Shown here one piece after another: positions 9,401 through 15,147 of a DNA stretch of 37,104 bases. The DNA comes from a virus. The first letter of the stretch is position 1; each line of letters starts with the position of its first letter. The notes under the pieces were generated by a model. It was not told the origin of the DNA and did no database searches. It saw only the letters and a list, made by a program, of their open reading frames with translations. Made by a program: the position numbers and the translations under genes. The stretch spans positions 1 to 37,104 of IMG/VR virus record IMGVR_UViG_3300045988_090832, one strand, 5' to 3'.

Positions 9401-10483
9401 GGACTGAGCAAGAGCGACGCTATGCAGTCGATCCTTGACGGTTACAAGAACCTTTCCGACACGCAGAAGGACGCGCTTTTTGGCGTGTACAGCGACAGTG
9501 CGTCCGGCAATGCGTTCCATATCTCCAAGTATGAGGAGGCTATTAAGGACAATTCGTTCTACTCTTGCCTCAAGGACGCAGGCAAGAAGGAGCTGCGCTC
9601 ACTGCTCAACAGCTACGAGAAACATGTGGCGGATAACGCCAAGCTGGACGACTGGGAGGCCAAGGCGGCCGTTGCCAAGGAGGCCGGTATTTCGCCGGGC
9701 ATTTACGCGTTGTTCCAGGTCGCGCTGCAGGAGGCGGACACGGACGGCAAGGGATTGAGCCAGGCAAAGGCCAAGGCGGCCGTTGAGTCGGTCGGCGGTC
9801 TGACACAGGCACAGAAAGCGTATTTGTGGCAGAGCGCAAACAAGAGTTGGAAAAAGAACCCCTACGGCTCGGCGACGGTTTCCGAGTATAAGTATGCAGG
9901 CGGCGAGTTTGCAAACCCGGTTGCGGGCGGCACGATCTCCAGCAAGTTTGGTCCGCGTGACACGTTCGCGACAAGCAACGGTGCCTCGTCCTCGCGCTGG
10001 CACAAGTCGATCGACATTGCCGCGCCTGCCGGTACGGCGATTAAGTCGGTTCAGGGCGGCAAGGTAACCGCAAACGGCTGGGTCTCCGGTTACGGTTGGA
10101 CGATCGAGGTTACGCATGATAACGGCTATGTGAGCATGTACCACCACATGCAGAATCAGAGCAGTGTTGCGGTCGGCACGGAAGTAAAACAGGGGCAGAC
10201 GATCGGCAATGTCGGCAGCACCGGCAATTCGACCGGTCCGCACCTCGATCTGACGATCACCAAGGACGGCACGCCGGTGGATCCTGCGTCGCTGATTGGC
10301 GATTACAAGAACGCAAAGACGGGGTATGTTTACGAGGGTTCGCCGGTTTATACGCAGCTGTCCTCGGCGGCAAGCAAGAGCAAAAAGAGTTCCGGCGGGT
10401 CGAGTAGGTCGAGTGGCGGAAGCAGTTCCGGCGGTTTGAAGCAGCTTAAGGGACTTAGTGGTTTGAAAGGATTGGGATTCTGA
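3473..10483 (+). CDS. Giant 2336-aa multidomain protein with C-terminal M23 peptidase (candidate polyvalent, ejection or tail-associated lysin protein)
   Basis: Uninterrupted ORF with RBS TAGGAGG. Has Q-rich N-terminal repeats, long coiled-coil stretches and Gly-rich hydrophobic segments (e.g. GNAPVMAASAIPGVGPAVGSLVMGAQAAG, AAGGAFGGLVFGTAGAVG). The C-terminus carries an M23 domain and a G/S-rich tail. Confidence 0.9.
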   Translation: MSFYSDYEKKKNKNKTSALLKVPQVVPQKPAKQDNSRRATAARNGEQQRVQAHQNAHRPASTYLTGGSTTRSQPYAASQQRNTVFQQRGNTRQGFPGTGSRSTQQNNLRQPASTYLTGGSVTRSQPYAASQQNQLFSARKAAEQRRNPRQNVSTANKSSGVGNPTLTQFLKNSMDWHTTSDPNRKAQLHAQNDALRRKLGYDYNPQTGASFDKYGHEMTAGVRMAYGSKPTERLNQATKLLHTSGVMGKTDKATVYPTAMQAAQGLDEDYFSGQTGYNAHKTMHDLFNRSDETWSSEDTQSRDRARQELSDEMSRIMKRYGLTYQPRDNADDIMNRLKAAGADENTLAYVQENIDLRHAADRLGNSMEAVGKRWIASLPSLVDTSRQVSANVEESRQNEEYRQLEEQEQTLELTLQGMNSTTADGSVPADYQAVYDQLQEVRKRKNELTVNKGVDPNKWSQRMLREANEAQANAEAGLAPAPRWLTEQGISLAGNAPVMAASAIPGVGPAVGSLVMGAQAAGQRSFELNERGIGARESLTRGLTSGAIEAATERLPLGQMSKILHSGGVNAVKNILIQMGEEATEESASYFLNYVADKAAQDPDAKFSLQELAQSAAGGAFGGLVFGTAGAVGSRAATDTERMNAADAYDYNQVQQLVQLDSELQAALKLPEGPIRERAVQTAQDKMVNALTDMQRQNAARSAELTANYDADLQNHLDLQEKAETAQYLQEQENRALNQRAAVQAMQQMDTQTQNNVIDLQDRLNNAWTELQEIDQGDGRLSVAEMQRRNQLMDEIRQLNAQLNEQGVKTGAVMPEIQQNDMIRTADRGNVGEVLNQNPDGSYNAFFRNNETGEEGIHRVEAENAQRIAEPGTYEVASEQQRAAAAEEALSPSLDDSEYQFVQNQKEQAKPLGNYEMYGKTPKQAAQELQEQLNSQHSFVYESDEQAARREQNSELRGQFELAQPVRRQMEKFKNNHPLSDKDNSLLQGALLNGATDKFSQADDPAAVMHMYQLTQEEQRLMQPLREYAQARRDALSLSAEEMADAIAEKAKDKRIPGAYSRETMERNSYDIFGKENRQYAETLNEQYFTPVHKAVADRTQYINTVKDRIAKLNLSKHESALVQMMLEGENGAAADYIAAKKIKVTSKLQERVANGVAEFRAIYDDMYNKLCDTLIANGMWDSVPGYLKDYAPHFTVDKPDTKLARVLYKFGIKPDSTLNLPTPIAGITDDRNPGKKWFGNLLHRNGELTEFDAVAGFDRYVETAGDVIYLTDSIQNLRTLEDAIRYRLSDDGTRQKINEIRKDRTLDPLERHQQTQDVYDKNVDDTKKLLDQKHAGMGGYVANLHEYINNLAGKKARADRGWEEMLGRQMYNVAKNVEGRVAANMIALNPGSWITNFIPLTQAAGEVSTPNLLRAAYDTVKSAIRDDGFTDGSVFLTNREGTQMLDRTLTRKVSDLAGMPMEAIDHFTANIVTRGKYLQNIADGMTVNQAFENADAFASNLMADRSKGAQPTAFNAVNPIRKMFTMFQLEVNNQLSYLAKDLPRAKQNKAALAWSYTKIFAGAYLFNQVYHQLTGRDSALDPIGMIVDAFGLDDDDDKDKKKKSGVDIALDLGENIAEQIPFVGGLLGGGRVPISSAFPDFGKLKEEYENGYDNKRIALDAAKSAANSAAYLLLPFGGGAVKKALEGAATVYAGGSYSLDKNGEKILQFPTYGQSPRDWAQAMLFGKSSLQGAQEWADDDYQSLNADETKAFDELRQHMNWFKDENGNTIDNSEAVFAAIKAMRAITDEMKEKYPDDYTAIAAGKKREMLFNDNDLNEIQKKYLDRELIGSSVGASGDYSSRDMFDISQKVREARQDDAMEALKHGISVDEFANWDGIIEETLADNEVDAKDFVEGQNNELYKKNEALLAILNEYGNSGEHTDAEKNAFADYLLISAMEDSDKERWDEVKGTVNATDFVKFASDMTTYNKEYKGSGLSKSDAMQSILDGYKNLSDTQKDALFGVYSDSASGNAFHISKYEEAIKDNSFYSCLKDAGKKELRSLLNSYEKHVADNAKLDDWEAKAAVAKEAGISPGIYALFQVALQEADTDGKGLSQAKAKAAVESVGGLTQAQKAYLWQSANKSWKKNPYGSATVSEYKYAGGEFANPVAGGTISSKFGPRDTFATSNGASSSRWHKSIDIAAPAGTAIKSVQGGKVTANGWVSGYGWTIEVTHDNGYVSMYHHMQNQSSVAVGTEVKQGQTIGNVGSTGNSTGPHLDLTITKDGTPVDPASLIGDYKNAKTGYVYEGSPVYTQLSSAASKSKKSSGGSSRSSGGSSSGGLKQLKGLSGLKGLGF
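3647..3868 (+). repeat. Two 66-nt direct repeats (3647..3712 and 3803..3868) inside the giant gene
   Basis: CCTGCAAGCAC(T/C)TATCTGACCGGCGGCAGC(AC/GT)GACAAGAAGTCAGCCGTATGCGGC...CAGCAG appears twice, 156 nt apart. It encodes PASTYLTGGS(T/V)TRSQPYAASQQ twice. Confidence 0.9.
9914..10293 (+). other. M23 (LytM/lysostaphin-type) peptidase domain of the giant protein
   Basis: NPVAGGTISSKFGPRD...WHKSIDIAAPAGTAI (HxxxD)...GYGWTIEVTHDNGYVSMYHHM...GQTIGNVGSTGNSTGPHLDLTI. The usual HxH is H-L-D here, so one metal-site histidine appears replaced by Asp. Confidence 0.85.
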
Positions 10484-10495
10484 TAAGGAAATGCG

Positions 10496-10524
10496 AAAGC
10501 GCCGTCGATTGACGGCGCTTTTTT
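10496..10524 (+). terminator. Rho-independent terminator ending the late operon
   Basis: GCGCCGTC-GATT-GACGGCGC stem followed by TTTTTT, 13 nt after the stop of the giant gene. Confidence 0.8.
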
Positions 10525-10534
10525 GTCGTTTCGT

Positions 10535-10586
10535 AAACCTATAACATTTTATGCTTTGACAGCAATAACTTAAATGTTAGAGGTTT
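10535..10586. other. Candidate attP for the large serine integrase (52-bp imperfect dyad)
   Basis: AAACCTATAACATTT (10535..10549) and its inverted copy AAATGTTAGAGGTTT (10572..10586) match at 14 of 15 positions. They flank 22 bp and overlap the int stop codon. Size and outer-arm symmetry resemble known serine-integrase attP sites. Not verified. Confidence 0.35.
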
Positions 10587-12114
10587 GAGGTATAGCAATT
10601 TTGGGGTGGATTGTCAGATGGAGGTCGCTTTTGGCTTTGCCGTAGACACGGACGGTTTTATGGTAGTCTATACGGCGGATTACCTGCTTTAAGAGAAGAT
10701 TTTGTTCTTTTGGATCTTCCAGTGTAGGGTATACGTCCAGCACATGACGGATGAGTGGCGCGGAGTTCTTCTGCGCTTCAATGTCTGTCTGTTTATTATG
10801 GAGTTTGCGCTCGATCTCGTGCTTTGTGTTTAGCAGTGCGGTCTGATCCTGGCTGATTGCGGATTGACGCTGCAGAAAGGTTTCCTTACTGTAAACACCA
10901 TCTTCGAGCAGTTCATAGGTACGCTGCAGACGGCGGTTTATATCGGTAAGCTGCTTCTCGATATTCTGCAGTGCGATTTCTTCGCTTTTCGTGTCCAGAA
11001 GGGCAGGAGAGCTGAGTTCGATCTCGTGAAGAAATTCGCGGAGAGACTGCAGGACAAGGCTTTCCACATCTTCAAACAGACTGGAGACGGTAGAGCAGGA
11101 CGGATTTTCACAGCCAAACCGGACTTTATCTTCACGGCGGTATGGATGGCGAGACATCAGTTTACCGCATTGGTCGCAGTAGACCAGTCCGGCCAGCGGA
11201 TTCATCTGCTGGTATTTGCGCGGTACACGCGGCGTAACGGTGTCTTTCATGCGCTGTTGGACGCTGTACCAGACGTCCCGCGGGATGATCGCTTCGTGTA
11301 TTCCTTCGTACAGCTCACAGTTTTTATTGACCGGTCGCTTGGTTATCAATTTGCCTTTTTGCACGATTTTTGTGTTGACCTTCATGGCACTGGGGATAAA
11401 ACCGGCATAGTGCGGGTTCTGCAGGATGGCACGGGTAGTCGCGGGCACCCATTTTTTATCGAGCGGTGTGCGGATCTTCATAGCGTTCAATTCGTTTGCG
11501 ATTTCGGAAAAGCCTTTGCCGGAAAGATACATATCGTAGATGGTGCGGATCACACCGGCCTGCGGCTCAACCGGTCGAAGGGACCAGCCACGGCCGTCCA
11601 GTTTGTAGCGTTCATAGCCGTAAGGCGGACGTCCGGGAACGTAGTGGCCTTCTTTCTTGGAGGCTCTCGTTCCGGCCAGCTGACGGCGGCGTATCATTCT
11701 ATACTCCTGGCGCGACATGAACAGGCCGAACTCCATCCACTCCTCATCCGCCTCCTGCGTGGGGTCGTAGGTTTTGGACGGCGTGACGATCAGTGTGCCC
11801 GAAAACTTAAACGCTTGGGCGACGATACCCTGATCTATGGTATCGCCGCGCGCAAGACGCGAGGTTTCGGTTACGAGGACGCCCTTCCAGCGGCCATCCT
11901 CCACCTCGGAGAGAAGCTGCTGCATGACGGGACGGTTCGCAATGCGCTCACCGGAGACGATCTCACGGTATATCGCGCCGATCGGCAGGGCGCGGGACTT
12001 GGCAAGCTCCATGAGGATATGCTCGTGCCGGGCGAGGGTATCGCCTTCGCCGTGGGCCTCGGCTTCGAGGTCGGCACGGGATTTGCGTAAATAGATGGCA
12101 TACTCGGTGGACAT
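10570..12114 (-). CDS. int: Large serine recombinase (phage integrase)
   Basis: N-terminal resolvase catalytic domain (YAIYLRKSRAD...GDTL..., VTETSRLARGD). Followed by a recombinase domain (PPYGYER...) and a zinc-ribbon region (CDQCGKLMSRH...FGCENPSC) with a coiled-coil tail. Start taken at MSTEY (ATG 12114), preceded by GGAAGTGA. Confidence 0.9.
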   Translation of the reverse strand: MSTEYAIYLRKSRADLEAEAHGEGDTLARHEHILMELAKSRALPIGAIYREIVSGERIANRPVMQQLLSEVEDGRWKGVLVTETSRLARGDTIDQGIVAQAFKFSGTLIVTPSKTYDPTQEADEEWMEFGLFMSRQEYRMIRRRQLAGTRASKKEGHYVPGRPPYGYERYKLDGRGWSLRPVEPQAGVIRTIYDMYLSGKGFSEIANELNAMKIRTPLDKKWVPATTRAILQNPHYAGFIPSAMKVNTKIVQKGKLITKRPVNKNCELYEGIHEAIIPRDVWYSVQQRMKDTVTPRVPRKYQQMNPLAGLVYCDQCGKLMSRHPYRREDKVRFGCENPSCSTVSSLFEDVESLVLQSLREFLHEIELSSPALLDTKSEEIALQNIEKQLTDINRRLQRTYELLEDGVYSKETFLQRQSAISQDQTALLNTKHEIERKLHNKQTDIEAQKNSAPLIRHVLDVYPTLEDPKEQNLLLKQVIRRIDYHKTVRVYGKAKSDLHLTIHPKIAIPQTSNI

Positions 12115-12118
12115 TTTA

Positions 12119-12235
12119 TCACTTCCATTTATTATTCCAGTTATTCCGATCATGGGTGACATGGATAATCACCCAGACTACAAGCAAGGCGATACAGAGC
12201 AAGCCGGTGAGGGTTTCTTTGACAAATGGCGTCAT
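12119..12235 (-). CDS. 38-aa single-TM peptide (hand-called; below the ORF-track cutoff)
   Basis: Minus strand reads GGAGGAATAATT-ATG, giving MTPFVKETLTGLLCIALLVVWVIIHVTHDRNNWNNKWK-stop. Good SD and a hydrophobic core. The stop is 4 nt before the int ATG. Confidence 0.4.
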   Translation of the reverse strand: MTPFVKETLTGLLCIALLVVWVIIHVTHDRNNWNNKWK

Positions 12236-12256
12236 AATTATTCCTCCGTTTCGAGT

Positions 12257-12694
12257 TTACGAGAGAGCGAACAGGATAGCGCCTACAATGATAAACAAGG
12301 GTGTTATCCACTTGGATTTTACAATATCAACACCCAGGATTCTGGTGAATTCGGCCTCGCTGATGCCACGAGAGAAAAAACAGATTACTGCACCGACAGC
12401 GGCCCAGATTCCGACAGAAAGCAAGTAGTCCTGCGGGCTGGCGGTGAGGTTGGAAACGTGGAGCCTGCTGTACATTACTAAAAGCGGTGCGGTGAGCCCG
12501 CACAAGACACGGCTTGCAAAGCGGAGATTGATTACCTTCTCCAGGTTTTCACTGTATTCTGCGGCGTATGTGGGCTTTTCGTTGTACTGTTTTTTCAAAG
12601 TGATATTTTCACCGAGCAGTCTTGTGTTTTCAAACCGCAAATCGTTGTATGCCTGCTCGAGTTCTTCTCGTGTCATTTCATTTGCCTTTTTCAT
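12257..12694 (-). CDS. Membrane protein with N-terminal coiled coil and three predicted TM helices (superinfection-exclusion candidate)
   Basis: MKKANEMTREELEQAYNDLRFENTRLLGENITLKKQY... followed by hydrophobic stretches VLCGLTAPLLVMY, LLSVGIWAAVGAVICFF and WITPLFIIVGAILFAL. Lies between the repressor and the integrase on the same strand. Start is ATG 12694, or TTG 12712 as in the ORF track. Confidence 0.6.
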   Translation of the reverse strand: MKKANEMTREELEQAYNDLRFENTRLLGENITLKKQYNEKPTYAAEYSENLEKVINLRFASRVLCGLTAPLLVMYSRLHVSNLTASPQDYLLSVGIWAAVGAVICFFSRGISEAEFTRILGVDIVKSKWITPLFIIVGAILFALS

Positions 12695-12767
12695 ATTGAT
12701 AAAATCCCCCAAACTATGTTAAAATAGAACTGGGGGATTTCATCCGTTCGGGTGGGGTTCCTTTCGA

Positions 12768-12804
12768 GCCGTTGTCAGGTGCGTTCTGACAGCGGCTTTT
12801 CTTT
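12768..12804 (+). terminator. Plus-sense intrinsic-terminator-like hairpin inside the minus-sense lysogeny operon
   Basis: GCCGTTGTCAG-GTGCGTT-CTGACAGCGGC followed by TTTTCTTT on the + strand. The T.G pair is a valid wobble only in a + strand RNA. On the minus strand there is no T tract. Confidence 0.4.
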
Positions 12805-13174
12805 ATGCCTGTTGATCCACTGCAGGCTCATCACGTTTTTTATATCGGGGGTTTCCTTTCAGGTCTGCGACGTACTCGCGGACCTTTTCTTTTCCCTCAT
12901 CGTTGAATGAGCGGTAGTCCGTGACAAGCTGCTGCTCGTCTGGTGGCGCCTGCGTGTACGCATTCGGGCTTTCCTCGAACATTTCAGAAAATGAGATGTT
13001 CAAAATTCTACATAATTGATTCAGGAGTTCGATGTTCGGTGTGTTTACTCCTTTGATCCAGTTTGTAACCGTTGGCTTTGATACGCCGAGCATTCGGGCG
13101 ATTTCAGCCTGCGTATAATCTGACCCTTTTATATAGCGTGCAACGTTGCGCTGTACAGTTTCTCGTATTTCCAT
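12803..13174 (-). CDS. XRE/CI-like HTH repressor
   Basis: ...YTQAEIARMLGVSKPTVTNWIKGVNTPNIELLNQLCRILNISFSEMF is a classic HTH_3 domain. RBS AAAGGAGGTG lies 8 nt before ATG 13174. Divergent from a Cro-like gene. Confidence 0.85.
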   Translation of the reverse strand: MEIRETVQRNVARYIKGSDYTQAEIARMLGVSKPTVTNWIKGVNTPNIELLNQLCRILNISFSEMFEESPNAYTQAPPDEQQLVTDYRSFNDEGKEKVREYVADLKGNPRYKKRDEPAVDQQA

Positions 13175-13203
13175 TGGTTTCACCTCCTTTCTCTTTTGAG
13201 TTA

Positions 13204-13231
13204 ATTATATCATAACTACGAACAGGTGTAA
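13204..13231 (-). promoter_or_regulatory. Candidate repressor-gene promoter (minus strand)
   Basis: Minus strand reads TTACAC-16 nt-TGATATAAT (extended -10). The -10 is at 13204..13209 and the -35 at 13226..13231. Confidence 0.5.
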
Positions 13232-13274
13232 AGGAAATGATTAAGAATAAACTAACTATTTTGCAAAAAAGGTC

Positions 13275-13303
13275 TTGACAGTTAGCGGAGAACTAATTAT
13301 ACT
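13275..13303 (+). promoter_or_regulatory. Candidate early (Cro-side) promoter
   Basis: TTGACA (13275..13280), 17-nt spacer, TATACT (13298..13303). Confidence 0.6.
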
Positions 13304-13328
13304 GTAAGTACAGTTAAGCAAGAACTAA
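13278..13328. promoter_or_regulatory. Two 19-bp repeated operator-like sites, ACAGTTA-N4-AGAACTAA
   Basis: ACAGTTAGCGGAGAACTAA (13278..13296, overlapping the -35/spacer) and ACAGTTAAGCAAGAACTAA (13310..13328). A third, degenerate AGAATAAACTAA lies near 13243..13255. Confidence 0.5.
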
Positions 13329-13344
13329 CAGGGAGGTGAATGGT

Positions 13345-13563
13345 ATGAATATATACGAAAGAATTTATGAGTATCTGATCAGCCATGGAATCCAGCAGAA
13401 ATTTGTCGCAGAAAAATGCGGCTGGACGAAAGTAAAAATGCATCACCTGATGCATGGTAGTCAGCGAATGACGATTGATGAATACATTATGATCTGCCAC
13501 GTGCTTGGCTTGCCGTTCGGCTACTTCGGGGATGATACGACAAACCCCGCCAGCAGCAGCTGA
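13345..13563 (+). CDS. Cro-like small HTH protein (72 aa)
   Basis: MNIYERIYEYLISHGIQQKFVAEKCGWTKVKMHHLMHGSQRMTIDEYIMICHVLG is HTH_3-like. GGGAGG lies 8 nt upstream of ATG 13345. Divergent from the repressor. Confidence 0.7.
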   Translation: MNIYERIYEYLISHGIQQKFVAEKCGWTKVKMHHLMHGSQRMTIDEYIMICHVLGLPFGYFGDDTTNPASSS

Positions 13564-13605
13564 CGGGGGTTGCAGATACAATGTCCGGGGTGCTCCATTA
13601 TGAAA

Positions 13606-13755
13606 TCAGTCTTGGCAGAGGGAGTTCAGAATGGAGTTGAAAAGTTCTGCAACCATGCGACCGTAGTCGGCATTGCTGGCAGAGCCGCTATTCTCAAATT
13701 GCTCGATATCGAGCAATTTGAGGGTAAGCTGCAGTGCAATTTCGCGATTGGACAT
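13606..13755 (-). CDS. Hypothetical small helical protein (49 aa)
   Basis: MSNREIALQLTLKLLDIEQFENSGSASNADYGRMVAELFNSILNSLCQD, with GAAGGTGA upstream of ATG 13755. The overlapping + ORF 13570..13851 has an implausible Cys/His-rich composition. Weak call. Confidence 0.35.
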   Translation of the reverse strand: MSNREIALQLTLKLLDIEQFENSGSASNADYGRMVAELFNSILNSLCQD

Positions 13756-13800
13756 GGTATCACCTTCTTCCGTATGAGAATTGTTTGCCATTTCGTGGTT

Positions 13801-13829
13801 TTACACTCTTTGCGGAACAAGGATACAAT
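13801..13829 (+). promoter_or_regulatory. Candidate promoter for the rightward early operon
   Basis: TTACAC (13801..13806), 17 nt, TACAAT (13824..13829), about 60 nt upstream of the first early ORF. Confidence 0.45.
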
Positions 13830-13889
13830 CCTATTGTTACATATTCCTTAACCGTAGTCAACAGAAACATTACTGAAAGGGATGAAACA

Positions 13890-14036
13890 ATGAAGTACGA
13901 AGTTTGGGTTTTGACTGAAAAAGGTCATATTGCGTACCAGTGGACGCAGTATTTTTGCGACAGCCGAGAGGTTGCGCTGCAGAAGGTCGAGGAGTGGCTC
14001 GGCAAGGCGGAAAAGATCGAGGTGAAACCTGTATGA
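13890..14036 (+). CDS. Hypothetical early protein (48 aa)
   Basis: ATG 13890 follows GAAAGGGA. MKYEVWVLTEKGHIAYQWTQYFCDSREVALQKVEEWLGKAEKIEVKPV. Overlaps the next ORF by ATGA. Confidence 0.5.
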   Translation: MKYEVWVLTEKGHIAYQWTQYFCDSREVALQKVEEWLGKAEKIEVKPV

Positions 14037-14197
14037 AACCATTTAACGAATACCTCGCCATGACGGCAGAACAGATCATGGCTGACCCGGAAGCGCCGGA
14101 GAGCCTGCGGATCGCGGCCCGCATTGAGCTTGAGAAAGCACAAAAGTTCAATTTAGAGGCAGAAGCGGCGCGGACGGCAACAGACAAGCCGGTTTAA
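14033..14197 (+). CDS. Hypothetical early protein (54 aa)
   Basis: MKPFNEYLAMTAEQIMADPEAPESLRIAARIELEKAQKF... Translationally coupled to the upstream ORF. Confidence 0.5.
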   Translation: MKPFNEYLAMTAEQIMADPEAPESLRIAARIELEKAQKFNLEAEAARTATDKPV

Positions 14198-14216
14198 GCA
14201 TAGGCTTTAGAAAGGG

Positions 14217-14396
14217 GTGGTTACGGTGGCAATCGTGGCTGAATATCATTATCCGAACGGTACGGTATGCATAGACGACGACTGCTACCGTGACGTTCCG
14301 CCGGAGGAAATGCAGCGGCGCATTGAGCGCCTGCAGAAAACGGCGTGGGAATTACTGATGAATCAGGAACGGAGGAAGAAAGATGAAGGCAAGTAA
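14217..14396 (+). CDS. Hypothetical small Cys-containing protein (hand-called, GTG start)
   Basis: GTG 14217 (or GTG 14226) follows AAAGGGG. ...AEYHYPNGTVCIDDDCYRDVPPEEMQRRIERLQKTAWELLMNQERRKKDEGK. Overlaps the next ATG. Confidence 0.35.
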   Translation: MVTVAIVAEYHYPNGTVCIDDDCYRDVPPEEMQRRIERLQKTAWELLMNQERRKKDEGK

Positions 14397-14652
14397 GTTT
14401 ATGATGAGTCTGTCGGCGGCGGTGTTCGGCGGCGTGATGTACATGCAGCTCGCAGGTGCCTGCAGCCGCATGCAGGCGGCGGTGCTCGGAACGGCGATGC
14501 TGGTTTGCATGGCAATCTGCTATGCGGATCTCTGTGCGGCAAAACGCCGCCGGGCGGCAGAGGAAGTCAAGGCCCGCAAGGCGGCTCGCGTCTCCATGGA
14601 CAAGGCGGCGCACATTGCGTACCGCGCCGACCTGATGAGGCAGATCCGATGA
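14383..14652 (+). CDS. Small membrane protein (89 aa, two hydrophobic segments)
   Basis: RBS GGAGGAAG. FMMSLSAAVFGGVMYMQLAGA and AAVLGTAMLVCMAICYADL, followed by a basic tail. Confidence 0.55.
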   Translation: MKASKFMMSLSAAVFGGVMYMQLAGACSRMQAAVLGTAMLVCMAICYADLCAAKRRRAAEEVKARKAARVSMDKAAHIAYRADLMRQIR

Positions 14653-14846
14653 AGCACCCGAACTGGAAAGAAACCAAGAAGCAGCGGCGGATGGTTCGGC
14701 GCATTGCCACGGATTTGGCGATGGAGGAGCTCTATATGCAGAAAAAGGCCGAGGCAAAGCGCAAACGGCAGTTTGACAAGCTGCTGCTCGAGCGCTGGAA
14801 AGCGCGGCAGGCCGCGAAGAACGGCGGGGTCGGTCACGATGGTTAG
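14649..14846 (+). CDS. Hypothetical basic helical protein (65 aa)
   Basis: ATGA overlap with the upstream ORF. MKHPNWKETKKQRRMVRRIATDLAMEELYMQKKAEAKRKRQFDKLLLERWKARQ... Confidence 0.5.
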   Translation: MKHPNWKETKKQRRMVRRIATDLAMEELYMQKKAEAKRKRQFDKLLLERWKARQAAKNGGVGHDG

Positions 14847-15147
14847 ATTCAGCGGGCTGGAAATTAAGCCGTACAGCCAGCTGACCGAGCTGCCGCGGGT
14901 GCGGATCGACAGGGTGCGCGTTGAGGTTCAGCGCACCCTGTTCGGCGAGGTGGAGTATCACCTTGTCGGAACCTACGGCGATGAGGGCAAGGCTTACCCA
15001 ATCTGTCAGCCGTTTACCGAGCTGCCGGACGTATGGGAAAAGAAGAAAGAAATAGAAAGCGCCATTTTCAAGGCGCGCCAGGAGGAACAATATGCGAAAA
15101 AAAGAAAAGACGCGGGTTATTTGGAGACACCCGCAAGGCCGGTTTGA
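14839..15147 (+). CDS. Hypothetical protein (102 aa)
   Basis: ATG 14839 overlaps the upstream stop. No family recognised. The 3' end overlaps the next ORF by 56 nt. Confidence 0.5.
   Translation: MVRFSGLEIKPYSQLTELPRVRIDRVRVEVQRTLFGEVEYHLVGTYGDEGKAYPICQPFTELPDVWEKKKEIESAIFKARQEEQYAKKRKDAGYLETPARPV

Noticed and set aside
8087-9520. Long antisense ORFs opposite real genes. Examples are 1754..2596(-), 5045..6046(-), 6815..7873(-), 8087..9520(-), 10864..12090(+), 14221..15090(-), 15410..16336(-), 16367..17512(-), 17842..18804(-), 20856..21650(-), 23880..24809(-), 25412..26710(-), 27979..28767(-), 28923..30077(-), 32389..33078(-), 33366..34115(-) and 36324..36923(-).
   Set aside because: They are shadow frames typical of GC-rich DNA. 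Their composition is Arg/Cys/His/Pro-rich and they have no SD. Each fully overlaps a sense gene that has recognisable domains and coupled starts.
3473-10483. The giant ORF as a conventional tape-measure protein.
   Set aside because: I recognise no tail tube, sheath or chaperone frameshift pair. The gene also lies outside the tail block, after the lysis genes. Tape-measure-like hydrophobic Gly-rich segments do exist, so this rejection is provisional.
13570-13851. Plus-strand 93-aa ORF downstream of the cro-like gene.
   Set aside because: Its composition is implausible (Cys/His-rich) and it has no SD. The antisense 49-aa helical ORF with GAAGGTGA is marginally more credible, but both are weak.
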